This document shows, one piece after another, positions 9,282-19,717 of a stretch of 32,000 bases of DNA (positions are counted from its first letter, which is position 1; the number at the start of each line of letters is the position of its first letter). The notes below the pieces were generated by a model. It was not told the DNA's origin. It was given only the letters and a program-made list of their open reading frames with translations, and did no database searches. The translations under genes and the position numbers were made by a program. Source of the stretch: Flavobacteriaceae bacterium (GTDB taxonomy: Bacteria; Bacteroidota; Bacteroidia; Flavobacteriales; Flavobacteriaceae). The DNA lies in contig OZ245049.1 in NCBI GenBank assembly GCA_965224465.1, forward strand, positions 5,130,001 through 5,162,000, in the 5' to 3' direction.

Positions 9282-9833
9282 TATAATATTCCTGACTTCC
9301 TTTATGTTTTTACTTTATAAAAGAAAAACAGCCGTAATGTACTTGTGTTTTAAACGTCGTCCCCACGAAAATTTATAATGCAAGCATTACGACTGAAATT
9401 ACTTTTTTATATGATAAACATATAAAGAAGTAATACGGCAAAGATACTAGAATAACAGTAAGTATGCAAATTTAATCTAATTCCTTTTTTGATTTTTTTT
9501 TAGGATTTTAAAACCGATACAAATCATGTATAAGTCTACTAATGTGCTGGTAATGTGTGTTTAGTGATCGATTTGTTGTGCTGTTAAAATGTGGATGTTT
9601 TAAAAAAGACTTTAGGTGACATTTTTTAATTGTTGATTTTGTAAACATTTAATGCATAGTACCTCTTTTTAGAAGTCTTTTTTGAACATAAGAAATTACA
9701 GTTTTAAAGGAAAATCTGTATATAACATGCCTTAATGTATTTTTTTACTATCTTGTACACACTAACTAACCCCTAGGAATTAACGTTTTGTGAAATTTTC
9801 ATATAAGATTAATTCCTGTTTATTACCTGTTTT

Positions 9834-12800
9834 ATGTTCAAGAAATCATTTTTTGTATTCGTTATTCTTGTTTTTTTTATTCCTAATTTTTTGTTTTCAC
9901 AAACAGTTCTTAAAGCAGGTGATCTTGTTTTTTTAGGGATTAATGCTGATGGTCCTGCTTCAAATCATGTGGTTTCTGTACTGTTTTTAGTTGATGTTGC
10001 TGCTGGTACAGAAATATCATTTACCGATATAGGATGGGATAGTGTTAATTCTAAGTTTAAAGCGGGCTTGGGACTGGGTGATTATTTTTTTAGATATACT
10101 ATAGGAACTGCTGTGAATCGTGGTACAATACGTAAAATCGCTTTGAGTTTTTTGGGACACCCAAGAGGCGTTTATGATCCTGTAACTATAGGTGTTGATG
10201 AGCGTAAAGGGGATCAACTATTTGCTTTTCAAGGGGGCTGGGGAAACCCAAGACTTATTACGGGACTAACAACCTTTGTAGATAGCAATACATCGGATAA
10301 CCTTTGGGATGGATCTGCTACCAGCCTATATAATTCGGGCTTACCAAGTGGTTTATCAAATGGAGATACCGCTATTAGATTGCATGTTGGAACTTTACAT
10401 AAAGACAATTGGCAGTTTAATTGTAATTTGATGACAGGAGGAGAGACGATATCAGGAAAACCTGTAGATATCCGTGCTGCTGTTTACAATGTATCTAATT
10501 GGGATTCTTCAAATACAGTTACGTATGATCCGAAAGGAAACACCAGTTGTTCTTATAATGTGTATTGTGAAGCCGCTGTACTTACTAGTTTTAGCACTAT
10601 AGAAAATCCTTGTTATGATCAAGAAATAACAATCACTATTGTTGGGGACTTAAATGAAGCTACGGAATGGCAAATTCTTAAAGGTTCATGTTCAGGAACC
10701 ACAACTGTTATCGGTACAACCTCTAGCAATACTTTTTCTTTTAATATTACAGAAAGTAATACCTATGCTGTTCGACCTTCTGGTGGATGTGCTTTTTCTG
10801 GAAGTCCATGTTTTGAAAAGGAAATAAAATTAGAAACGGTTAAACCAATCGTAAAAATAAAAAATAATAAGGTAGAATTAGGCACTGATGGAAAAGCTTC
10901 AATAACAGTTTCAGACATTAATAATGGAAGTTCGGACAATTGTTCTATTGCAACAATGTCTTTGGATATAACGGAATTTGAGTGTTCAAATTTAGGTGAT
11001 AATACAGTGATTTTAACGATAAAAGATTCATCTGGAAATGTGCAGACGAAATCGGCGCAGGTTACTGTTGAAGATAAAATATTACCTGTAGCAATCGCCC
11101 AAAATATAACAGTTCATTTAGATGCCACAGGAAACGTGAGTATTACACCAGCTGATGTAAATAATGGAAGTACAGACAATTGTGCTATTGCTTCTATGAG
11201 TCTTAATAAAACAAGTTTTGATTGTACAAATTTAGGCGTAAATACGGTGATTTTAACGGTGAAAGATGCTTCTGGAAATTCAAATGTTGCAACTGTAACT
11301 GTAACGGTAAAAGATACTATTCCCCCTTCCATAATTGCCAAGGATATTTCTGTATATATTTCTGCTGACGGTAGCGTAACGGTAAATCCTTCTGATGTTG
11401 ATAATGGCAGCGCAGATAATTGTGGAATTGCAAGCAGAAGTTTGAGTAAAACTACGTTTAGCTGTGGAGATATAGGTGAGAATACCGTGATTTTTTCTGT
11501 AGAAGATTCTACGGGGAATACGCTGACTGCAAATGTAAAAATCACAGTTTTTGATGCTCTAAAACCTACAGTAAAAACAAAAAATATCACGGTAGAATTA
11601 GGCACTGATGGAAAAGCTTCAATAACAGTTTCAGACATTAACAATGGAAGTTCGGACAATTGTTCTATTGCAACAATGTCTTTGGATATAACGGAATTTG
11701 AGTGTTCAAATTTAGGTGATAATACAGTGATTTTAACGATAAAAGATACATCAGGGAATGTGCAGACGAAATCGGCGCAGGTTGCTGTTGAAGATAAAAT
11801 ATTACCTGTAGCAATTGCCCAAAATATAACAGTTCATTTAGATGCCACAGGAAACGTGAGTATTACACCAGCTGATGTAAATAATGGAAGTACAGACAAT
11901 TGTGCTATTGCTTCTATGAGTCTTAATAAAACAAGTTTTGATTGTACAAATTTAGGCGTAAATACGGTGATTTTAACGGTGAAAGATGCTTCTGGAAATT
12001 CAAATGTTGCAACTGTAACTGTAACGGTAAAAGATACTATTCCCCCTTCCATAATTGCCAAGGATATTTCTGTATATATTTCTGCTGACGGTAGCGTAAC
12101 GGTAAATCCTTCTGATGTTGATAATGGCAGCGCAGATAATTGTGGAATTGCAAGCAGAAGTTTGAGTAAAACTACGTTTAGCTGTGGAGATATAGGTGAG
12201 AATACCGTGATTTTTTCTGTAGAAGATTCTACGGGGAATACGCTGACTGCAAATGTAAAAATCACAGTTTTTGATGCTCTAAAACCTACAGTAAAAACAA
12301 AAAATATCACGGTAGAATTAGGCACTGATGGAAAAGCTTCAATAACAGTTTCAGATATTAATAATGGAAGTTCGGACAATTGCTCTATTGCAACAATGTC
12401 TTTGGATATAACGGAATTTGAGTGTTCAAATTTAGGTGATAATACAGTGATTTTAACGATAGAAGATACATCGGGAAATGTGCAGACGAAATCGGCGCAG
12501 GTTACTGTTGTAGATGAAATATTACCTGTAGCAATCGCTCAAAATATAACAGTTAATTTGGATGCCACAGGAAACGTGAGTATTTCGGCAGCGGCTTTAA
12601 ATAATGGAAGTTCAGACAATTGTTCTATTGCTTCTATGAGTCTTAATAAAACAAGTTTTGATTGTACAAATTTAGGCGTTAATACGGTGATTTTAACGGT
12701 GAAAGATACTTCTGGAAATTCAAATGTTGCAACTGTAACTGTAACGGTAAAAGATGCTATTCCCCCTTCCATAATTGCTAAGGATATTTCTGTATATATT

Positions 12801-15575
12801 TCTGCTGACGGTAGCGTAACGGTAAATCCTTCTGATGTTGATAATGGCAGCGCAGATAATTGTGGAATTGCAAGCAGAAGTTTGAGTAAAACTACGTTTA
12901 GCTGTGGAGATATAGGAGAGCATACCGTGCTTTTTTCTGTAGAGGATTCTACGGGGAATACGCAGACTGAAAATGTAAAAATCACAGTTTTTGATGCTCT
13001 AAAACCCATTGTAAAAACAAAAAATATCACGGTAGAATTAGGCACTGATGGAAAAGCTTCAATAACAGTTTCAGATATTAATAATGGAAGTTCGGACAAT
13101 TGCTCTATTGCAACAATGTCTTTGGATATAACGGAATTTGAGTGTTCAAATTTAGGTGATAATACAGTGATTTTAACGATAAAAGATACATCAGGGAATG
13201 TGCAGACGAAATCGGCGCAGGTTACTGTTGAAGATAAAATATTACCTGTAGCAATCGCCCAAAATATAACAGTTCATTTAGATGCCACAGGAAACGTGAG
13301 TATTACACCAGCTGATGTAAATAATGGAAGTACAGACAATTGTACTATTGCCTCTATGAGTCTTAATAAAACAAGTTTTGATTGTACAAATTTAGGTGTA
13401 AATACGGTGATTTTAACGGTGAAAGATACTTCTGGAAATTCAAATGTTGCAACTGTAACTGTAACGGTAAAAGATACTATTCCCCCTTCCATAATTGCTA
13501 AGGATATTTCTGTATATATTTCTGCTGACGGTAGCGTAACGGTAAATCCTTCTGATGTTGATAATGGCAGCGCAGATAATTGTGGAATTGCAAGCAGAAG
13601 TTTGAGTAAAACTACGTTTAGCTGTGGAGATATAGGAGAGCATACCGTGCTTTTTTCTGTAGAGGATTCTACGGGGAATACGCAGACTGAAAATGTAAAA
13701 ATCACAGTTTTTGATGCTCTAAAACCCATTGTAAAAACAAAAAATATCTCGGTAGAATTAGGCACTGATGGAAAAGCTTCAATAGCAGTTTCACACATTA
13801 ACAATGGAAGTTCGGACAATTGTTCTATTGCAACAATGTCTTTGGATATAACGGAATTTGAGTGTTCAAATTTAGGTGATAATACAGTGATTTTAACGAT
13901 AAAAGATACATCTGGGAATGTGCAGACGAAATCGGCGCAGGTTACCGTTGTTGATAATATACCTCCTGCCGTGATTGCCAAACAGAATATAACTGTTAGT
14001 TTGGATGGCACAGGGAAAGCGAGTATTACACCAGCTGACGTAAATAATGGAAGTACAGACAATTGTACTATTGCCTCTATGAGTCTTGATAAAACAAGTT
14101 TTGATTGTTCTAATTTAGGTAAAAATCAAGTGAGGCTTTCTGTACAAGATACTGCTGGAAATTCAAATTCTGTAAATGCAATTGTAACGGTTTTAGATAT
14201 GATTATGCCCACCATTCAATGCATCACCGATCAAACGGTCTCCTTTTCTAAAAGTTGTAATGTTTCTTTAAAGGATTATACAAAGCAGCTTACATACACA
14301 GATAATTGCCTACAAGGAATAAAAATCACTCAAACACCTGTACATGGAACTTTAATACAAGAAGATACAGAGGTTGTTATTACGGTGACTGATGGCAGTG
14401 GAAATACAAATACGTGTAGATTTATGGTTTTCACTAAAGATACAACAGCTCCAGAAATAACCTGTCCTGTAAATCTTAGGATTGGATTAAATTCAGCGTG
14501 TAATATTCAGGTGCCAGATTTTAAAAGTGTTGTAAATGTGATTGGTTTTTGCGATTCAAATGTAAGTCTTACACAGCTACCTAAAGTAGGTACTGTTATC
14601 GATGAGAATACAAAAATTGTAATTACTGCTACAGATGATAGTGGTAATACGAATAGCTGTAGTTTTCTGTTAATAGTTGCAGATGTCCTAGCTCCAGTTC
14701 CCGCCGTTGCCATATTGCCTATAGTAACTGGGGTTTGCCAAGCAAGTGTAACTGATGCGCCGTTGGCTATAGATAATTGTCAAGGTATAATTGTTGGGAC
14801 GACCTCTAGTGCTCTAAATTTTGATGCGCAAGGAAACTATACCATTACTTGGAAATACGATGATGGTGTTGGTAATATAGCATGGCAAACTCAGAAAATA
14901 GTAATTAAGGATCAAGTATTGCCGATTGTTAAAGTGAAAGATTTTAAAGTTGTAAACGCGGGTGAGGATGTCTTTATAAGCGTGGAAGATATAGATAATG
15001 GTAGTTCTGATAATTGTGCTATTAAATTCATGAAACTGAGTAATACTGATTTTTCGTGCTATCCTATAGGTGATTATGCGGTTACTTTAATCGTTGAAGA
15101 TATTAGTGGGAATATAGAGGAAGCTACTGCAATTATAAGTATTGATGGAGATGATTTAGATCATGATTTAATTCCGGATAGTTGTGACGGAGATATGGAT
15201 GGTGATGGTATAATTAATAGTGAGGACAACTGTCCGACCATACCTAATACGGATCAGTTAGATATTGATAACGATGGGATTGGAGATGTTTGTGATTCAA
15301 ATGATTTGGTGTTTTCTAAAGGGTTTTCACCCAATGGTGATGGTTTAAGAGACTATTTTATAATACAAAATGTAGTGAATTACCCAAAGAGTACACTTCG
15401 TGTTTACAATAGAAACGGAAATTTAGTTTTTAAAACAAATCAGTATAAGAATGATTGGAATGGACGTTTAAATGGTGTAGGCAATAATCAACTTCCAGCA
15501 GGTGCTTATTTTTATAGTTTTGATAAAGGGACGAATCAGGTGCCAGTTCAAGGTTGGGTATATATTAATTATTAA
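9834..15575 (+). CDS. Giant T9SS-secreted adhesin-like surface protein. Domain order: signal peptide, unknown N-terminal domain, about 15 Ig-like DNC modules, HYR-like modules, TSP3-type Ca-binding repeats, type-B T9SS C-terminal domain.
   Basis: 1913 aa. N-terminal hydrophobic signal FFVFVILVFFIPNFLFSQ. About 80-aa modules recur with the motif D(I/V)NNGS(S/T)DNCxIA..SL. Cys-framed HYR-like modules follow (TAPEITCP..C..TDDSGNTNSC). DxDxDG repeats are present (DSCDGDMDGDGIINSEDNCP..DIDNDGIGDVCD). The C-terminus FSPNGDGLRDYFIIQN...GWVYINY matches the gliding-motility / type-B T9SS sorting domain. Confidence 0.9.
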   Translation: MFKKSFFVFVILVFFIPNFLFSQTVLKAGDLVFLGINADGPASNHVVSVLFLVDVAAGTEISFTDIGWDSVNSKFKAGLGLGDYFFRYTIGTAVNRGTIRKIALSFLGHPRGVYDPVTIGVDERKGDQLFAFQGGWGNPRLITGLTTFVDSNTSDNLWDGSATSLYNSGLPSGLSNGDTAIRLHVGTLHKDNWQFNCNLMTGGETISGKPVDIRAAVYNVSNWDSSNTVTYDPKGNTSCSYNVYCEAAVLTSFSTIENPCYDQEITITIVGDLNEATEWQILKGSCSGTTTVIGTTSSNTFSFNITESNTYAVRPSGGCAFSGSPCFEKEIKLETVKPIVKIKNNKVELGTDGKASITVSDINNGSSDNCSIATMSLDITEFECSNLGDNTVILTIKDSSGNVQTKSAQVTVEDKILPVAIAQNITVHLDATGNVSITPADVNNGSTDNCAIASMSLNKTSFDCTNLGVNTVILTVKDASGNSNVATVTVTVKDTIPPSIIAKDISVYISADGSVTVNPSDVDNGSADNCGIASRSLSKTTFSCGDIGENTVIFSVEDSTGNTLTANVKITVFDALKPTVKTKNITVELGTDGKASITVSDINNGSSDNCSIATMSLDITEFECSNLGDNTVILTIKDTSGNVQTKSAQVAVEDKILPVAIAQNITVHLDATGNVSITPADVNNGSTDNCAIASMSLNKTSFDCTNLGVNTVILTVKDASGNSNVATVTVTVKDTIPPSIIAKDISVYISADGSVTVNPSDVDNGSADNCGIASRSLSKTTFSCGDIGENTVIFSVEDSTGNTLTANVKITVFDALKPTVKTKNITVELGTDGKASITVSDINNGSSDNCSIATMSLDITEFECSNLGDNTVILTIEDTSGNVQTKSAQVTVVDEILPVAIAQNITVNLDATGNVSISAAALNNGSSDNCSIASMSLNKTSFDCTNLGVNTVILTVKDTSGNSNVATVTVTVKDAIPPSIIAKDISVYISADGSVTVNPSDVDNGSADNCGIASRSLSKTTFSCGDIGEHTVLFSVEDSTGNTQTENVKITVFDALKPIVKTKNITVELGTDGKASITVSDINNGSSDNCSIATMSLDITEFECSNLGDNTVILTIKDTSGNVQTKSAQVTVEDKILPVAIAQNITVHLDATGNVSITPADVNNGSTDNCTIASMSLNKTSFDCTNLGVNTVILTVKDTSGNSNVATVTVTVKDTIPPSIIAKDISVYISADGSVTVNPSDVDNGSADNCGIASRSLSKTTFSCGDIGEHTVLFSVEDSTGNTQTENVKITVFDALKPIVKTKNISVELGTDGKASIAVSHINNGSSDNCSIATMSLDITEFECSNLGDNTVILTIKDTSGNVQTKSAQVTVVDNIPPAVIAKQNITVSLDGTGKASITPADVNNGSTDNCTIASMSLDKTSFDCSNLGKNQVRLSVQDTAGNSNSVNAIVTVLDMIMPTIQCITDQTVSFSKSCNVSLKDYTKQLTYTDNCLQGIKITQTPVHGTLIQEDTEVVITVTDGSGNTNTCRFMVFTKDTTAPEITCPVNLRIGLNSACNIQVPDFKSVVNVIGFCDSNVSLTQLPKVGTVIDENTKIVITATDDSGNTNSCSFLLIVADVLAPVPAVAILPIVTGVCQASVTDAPLAIDNCQGIIVGTTSSALNFDAQGNYTITWKYDDGVGNIAWQTQKIVIKDQVLPIVKVKDFKVVNAGEDVFISVEDIDNGSSDNCAIKFMKLSNTDFSCYPIGDYAVTLIVEDISGNIEEATAIISIDGDDLDHDLIPDSCDGDMDGDGIINSEDNCPTIPNTDQLDIDNDGIGDVCDSNDLVFSKGFSPNGDGLRDYFIIQNVVNYPKSTLRVYNRNGNLVFKTNQYKNDWNGRLNGVGNNQLPAGAYFYSFDKGTNQVPVQGWVYINY
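10842..14200 (+). repeat. In-frame tandem array with a 720-bp period, about 4.7 copies. Each unit is three diverged 240-bp (80-aa) modules.
   Basis: The string ggtagaattaggcactgatgg recurs at 10871, 11591, 12311, 13031 and 13751, an exact 720-bp spacing. Units are almost identical. The fifth unit decays after about 13945. Confidence 0.97.
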
Positions 15576-15584
15576 GCATGCCTG

Positions 15585-15738
15585 TTATACCAAATACATT
15601 TCCAAGTGAGGGTTAGAAATGGAATTATAGCTAGTCGGAAAATGGATGGATATCCATATCTATTGTTCTGTTTTTCAACAACGCTAGAACGTGAAATAAA
15701 CTATTTATATCGGTGATTTTGGATTTTAGTTGGTATTA
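15585..15738 (+). repeat. Intergenic repeat family, copy B (full length, small internal deletion)
   Basis: Starts 10 nt after the adhesin stop codon. Collinear with copies A and C. Lacks the ttttttgtt segment present in A and C. Confidence 0.85.
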
Positions 15739-16116
15739 TAAAACTGATACAGGTTATTTAATAAGACTTCACCCAATATCAATGTTGTTTTTAAGAAAGT
15801 AAATAGATACTTTATGTATGAAAAAGCAGGATAACGCTTCTTAACAACTAAGGTTCGTGTGGTTCGTAGCTTCTAGCTTACACAAGCTGTTTCCGATGCC
15901 AATTCAAAAGGTGCTGTTATCGGATTTATATGGCAGAAATATAAAGGGTTACTATTTATTTTGATAGGCGGAAGTTGTTTTTAGAATTGAACGTGTCAAT
16001 CTCTTGTCTTAAATAAATAATCTATAGATAAGAACAACAACCAGCGACAAACCAATGTTTAGGGGTGTTTGTGAAAATTTATTTTCAAAAAAAATAGTTT
16101 TTTAAAGATAATAGTC

Positions 16117-17622
<1,506 letters not shown>

Positions 17623-17646
17623 TTTTAAGTTTTTTTAAGAGATATA

Positions 17647-17675
17647 AAGTCATCCATTTGGGTGACTTTTTTTTT
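17647..17675 (+). terminator. Rho-independent terminator after guaB
   Basis: Stem AAGTCATCC/GGGTGACTT (one G-U pair) with an ATTT loop, followed by T9. Confidence 0.75.
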
Positions 17676-17683
17676 CGATAAGG

Positions 17684-17700
17684 CCAAATATTTTTGCAAG
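17684..17700 (+). repeat. Intergenic repeat copy E, left fragment (split by the IS66 insertion)
   Basis: Reads ccaaatatttttgcaag. It continues at 19689 as tgacggtttagaaatagaattatttttt, and together the two parts match the left module of the family. Confidence 0.65.
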
Positions 17701-17728
17701 GTAAGCATGCGGTCAAGTACATCTATGT

Positions 17729-19192
17729 TTATACGTTTTTCCAATTACCAGGAAGAAGTTCATATAGTTTATTTGCTTTATGTTCTTGGATTCTGTCCAA
17801 TACATTTTCAAGCCAAGTATAAGGATTAATACCATAAGCTTTGCAGGAAGCAAAAAAGGAATACATCATTGCAATATTTTCTGCAGCATTGTGAGAACCT
17901 GCAAATAAGTAATTTTTACGACCTAAAGCTAATGGCCTGACCGCATTTTCTATATTGTTATTGTCTATCTCAAATTTGCCATCCAAGACGTATCTATTTA
18001 GATTTTCATAAATATTCATGGTATAGGCTATTGCCTTACCTATTGCGCTTTTAGGTAATACTTTATAACTATTTTCTTCTAACCATATTTTTAATGCATC
18101 CAAAATAGGTACAGCATATAATTGTCTATACCTTTTTAGAATGCCCACTTCTACTTTCCTATCTCTAGCTTTTTCTTCAATCTGATATAGGAGTTGTATT
18201 TGTTTTAAAACGTGACCAGCTCTATCTTTATCGTTATCTAGGGCTTTCTCAAAATACCTTCTTGCATGTGCCATACAGCCCAAAAGTGTTATTTCTCCTT
18301 TTGTTTGAAGTATTTGGTAAACTTTGTAGCCATCCGTCTGTAAGATTCCTGTAAAGTTTGATAAAACGCGTTCTGGAAGTTTACGGCTACGTCCTTGATC
18401 ATACTTAAATAGTACAAGCTTGTTTTGTGGATTTCTGAAAAGCCACATATAACCTTGATGTAAAGCCTTTACTTTATGACTATCCTGTACTTTTATAGGT
18501 GATTCATCTGCTTGTAAATAATCTGTATTTTCTAAAACTTGAGATTCTAAGGCTTCAAAAAGAGGACGTATCAATTTACAAGTTCCGTTAAACCAATCTC
18601 CCATAGTAGAAGCGCTAATTATTAAGTTTTGGCGCTTTAGAATTTGAATTTGTCTGTAAAAAGGTAGATGATCTATAAATTTTGAAACACAAACATAAGC
18701 TAACATTCCTGCCCCTGCATTAGATCTTGGAATAGGGAGACTGGGTAAATCTGCAATTAAAACCCCTTGTTTATACGCATATTTTGGTCTTATAATCTGA
18801 CGTACATAGATATTTGCGGGATTGTACTCCAATATTTCTGTAATCTCTTCTCCTATTTTCTTTGCGCCATGTTCTTTATCTAGGGGTTCTATAATCTCCG
18901 TTACTCTAGGTAAGTGAGCAGGTAAAATCATACGAATTGGCTTCTTCTTTTCTTTCTTATTGAGCTTTCTAGTATATGTAATCGTTTTTTCTTTTTCTTC
19001 TACTTGATCGCATGCAGAAGTCCCTGTAAATAAATCTATTTGCGCATCAATACTAGGGATAAAACGTTCCGTTTTCCTTCCAAAAAGAGCTCGTTGTAAC
19101 TGATCTAATTGAAACTTTAAATCTGCGTTGTCAGAGCAAACTTTATCGTACTTTTCTTTTGAAACATATTCCACCTCAAGCGTTCTATCCAT
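17729..19192 (-). CDS. tnpC: IS66-family DDE transposase (TnpC/Orf3)
   Basis: 487 aa. Has an N-terminal coiled-coil/leucine-zipper region followed by LFGRKTERF, and IS66-like catalytic blocks (ADESPIKV, QTDGYKVY, CMAHARRYF). Confidence 0.9.
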   Translation of the reverse strand: MDRTLEVEYVSKEKYDKVCSDNADLKFQLDQLQRALFGRKTERFIPSIDAQIDLFTGTSACDQVEEKEKTITYTRKLNKKEKKKPIRMILPAHLPRVTEIIEPLDKEHGAKKIGEEITEILEYNPANIYVRQIIRPKYAYKQGVLIADLPSLPIPRSNAGAGMLAYVCVSKFIDHLPFYRQIQILKRQNLIISASTMGDWFNGTCKLIRPLFEALESQVLENTDYLQADESPIKVQDSHKVKALHQGYMWLFRNPQNKLVLFKYDQGRSRKLPERVLSNFTGILQTDGYKVYQILQTKGEITLLGCMAHARRYFEKALDNDKDRAGHVLKQIQLLYQIEEKARDRKVEVGILKRYRQLYAVPILDALKIWLEENSYKVLPKSAIGKAIAYTMNIYENLNRYVLDGKFEIDNNNIENAVRPLALGRKNYLFAGSHNAAENIAMMYSFFASCKAYGINPYTWLENVLDRIQEHKANKLYELLPGNWKNV

Positions 19193-19260
19193 AGTAGAAA
19201 GATACGCTTTTTAAGCTGAAATATCACTATTAAAACCAAGTAATACCAAGGAGTTACCTG

Positions 19261-19602
19261 TTAAAATCTCTTTCTTTTTTTGATGTTTAAAATACTAATT
19301 CCATCAATTAACATAACTGTACTAGTGTAGTCTAAAATAATCAAACTTGTGTCAATATCATATTCAGAAAGTTCAAATGTACCTTCTTCTAATCGTTTGT
19401 AATAAAGAACAAACCCTCCTCCTGCCCAATGTAATAATTTCATTTTGTTTCGCCGCTTATTTATGAAAATAAAAACCGAACTACTTGTGGGTACTTGATC
19501 AAAAGCAGTCAATATAAGACCACTCAGACCGTCAAAACTTTTTCGCATATCTGTACTTTCACTGTACAAATAAAACTTTTGGGAACTTGATAAATTGAAC
19601 AT
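19261..19602 (-). CDS. tnpB: IS66 Orf2-like accessory protein (TnpB of IS66, unrelated to IS605 TnpB)
   Basis: 113 aa. Contains the typical DMRKSFDGLSGL motif near the N-terminus and LYYKRLE..F further on. Confidence 0.88.
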   Translation of the reverse strand: MFNLSSSQKFYLYSESTDMRKSFDGLSGLILTAFDQVPTSSSVFIFINKRRNKMKLLHWAGGGFVLYYKRLEEGTFELSEYDIDTSLIILDYTSTVMLIDGISILNIKKRKRF

Positions 19603-19680
19603 GTTATAGGTTGCTTTTATGAATTACAAAGCAAAAACTATTCATTTAGATGTGCAATATGTAGGACGCCGTATGCTTAC

Positions 19681-19717
19681 TTTGCAAGTGACGGTTTAGA
19701 AATAGAATTATTTTTTA
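19681..19717 (+). repeat. Intergenic repeat copy E, right fragment (includes the duplicated TSD at 19681-19688)
   Basis: tttgcaagtgacggtttagaaatagaattatttttt matches the family's left module. Homology ends at the miaA 3' end. The miaA stop codon (19708-19710) and its last two Lys codons lie inside the matching sequence. Confidence 0.65.

Larger units (their letters stand above)
17701..19680 (-). mobile_element. IS66-family insertion sequence, 1980 bp, two-ORF form (tnpB + tnpC, no tnpA)
   Basis: The termini are GTAAGCATGCGGTCAAGTACAT (left) and GTAAGCATACGGCGTCCTACAT (reverse complement of the right end), 16/22 identical, with the GTAAGC start typical of IS66. A direct 8-bp duplication TTTGCAAG lies at 17693-17700 and 19681-19688. 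Confidence 0.93.

Noticed and set aside
9669-9684. 15-nt string ttagaagtctttttt shared with 24645-24659. Related ttagaagt strings occur at about 146 (- strand), 19715 and 31187.
   Set aside because: These could be eroded fragments of the repeat's left module. In AT-rich sequence of this length, a 15-nt match and a few 8-mer recurrences are not clearly beyond chance, and there is no extended flanking similarity.
11114-14062. Four long antisense ORFs (181-262 aa) on the - strand inside the adhesin repeat array
   Set aside because: They are one shadow ORF copied four times by the 720-bp repeat. They lie entirely antisense to a strongly supported CDS, are Ser/Thr/Val/Phe-rich with no motifs, and have no promoter or start context of their own.
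10842-14200. Considered whether the periodic repeats could be a CRISPR array
   Set aside because: The period is 720 bp, there is no short repeat/unique spacer alternation, the whole array is in frame within a coding sequence, and no cas genes are present.
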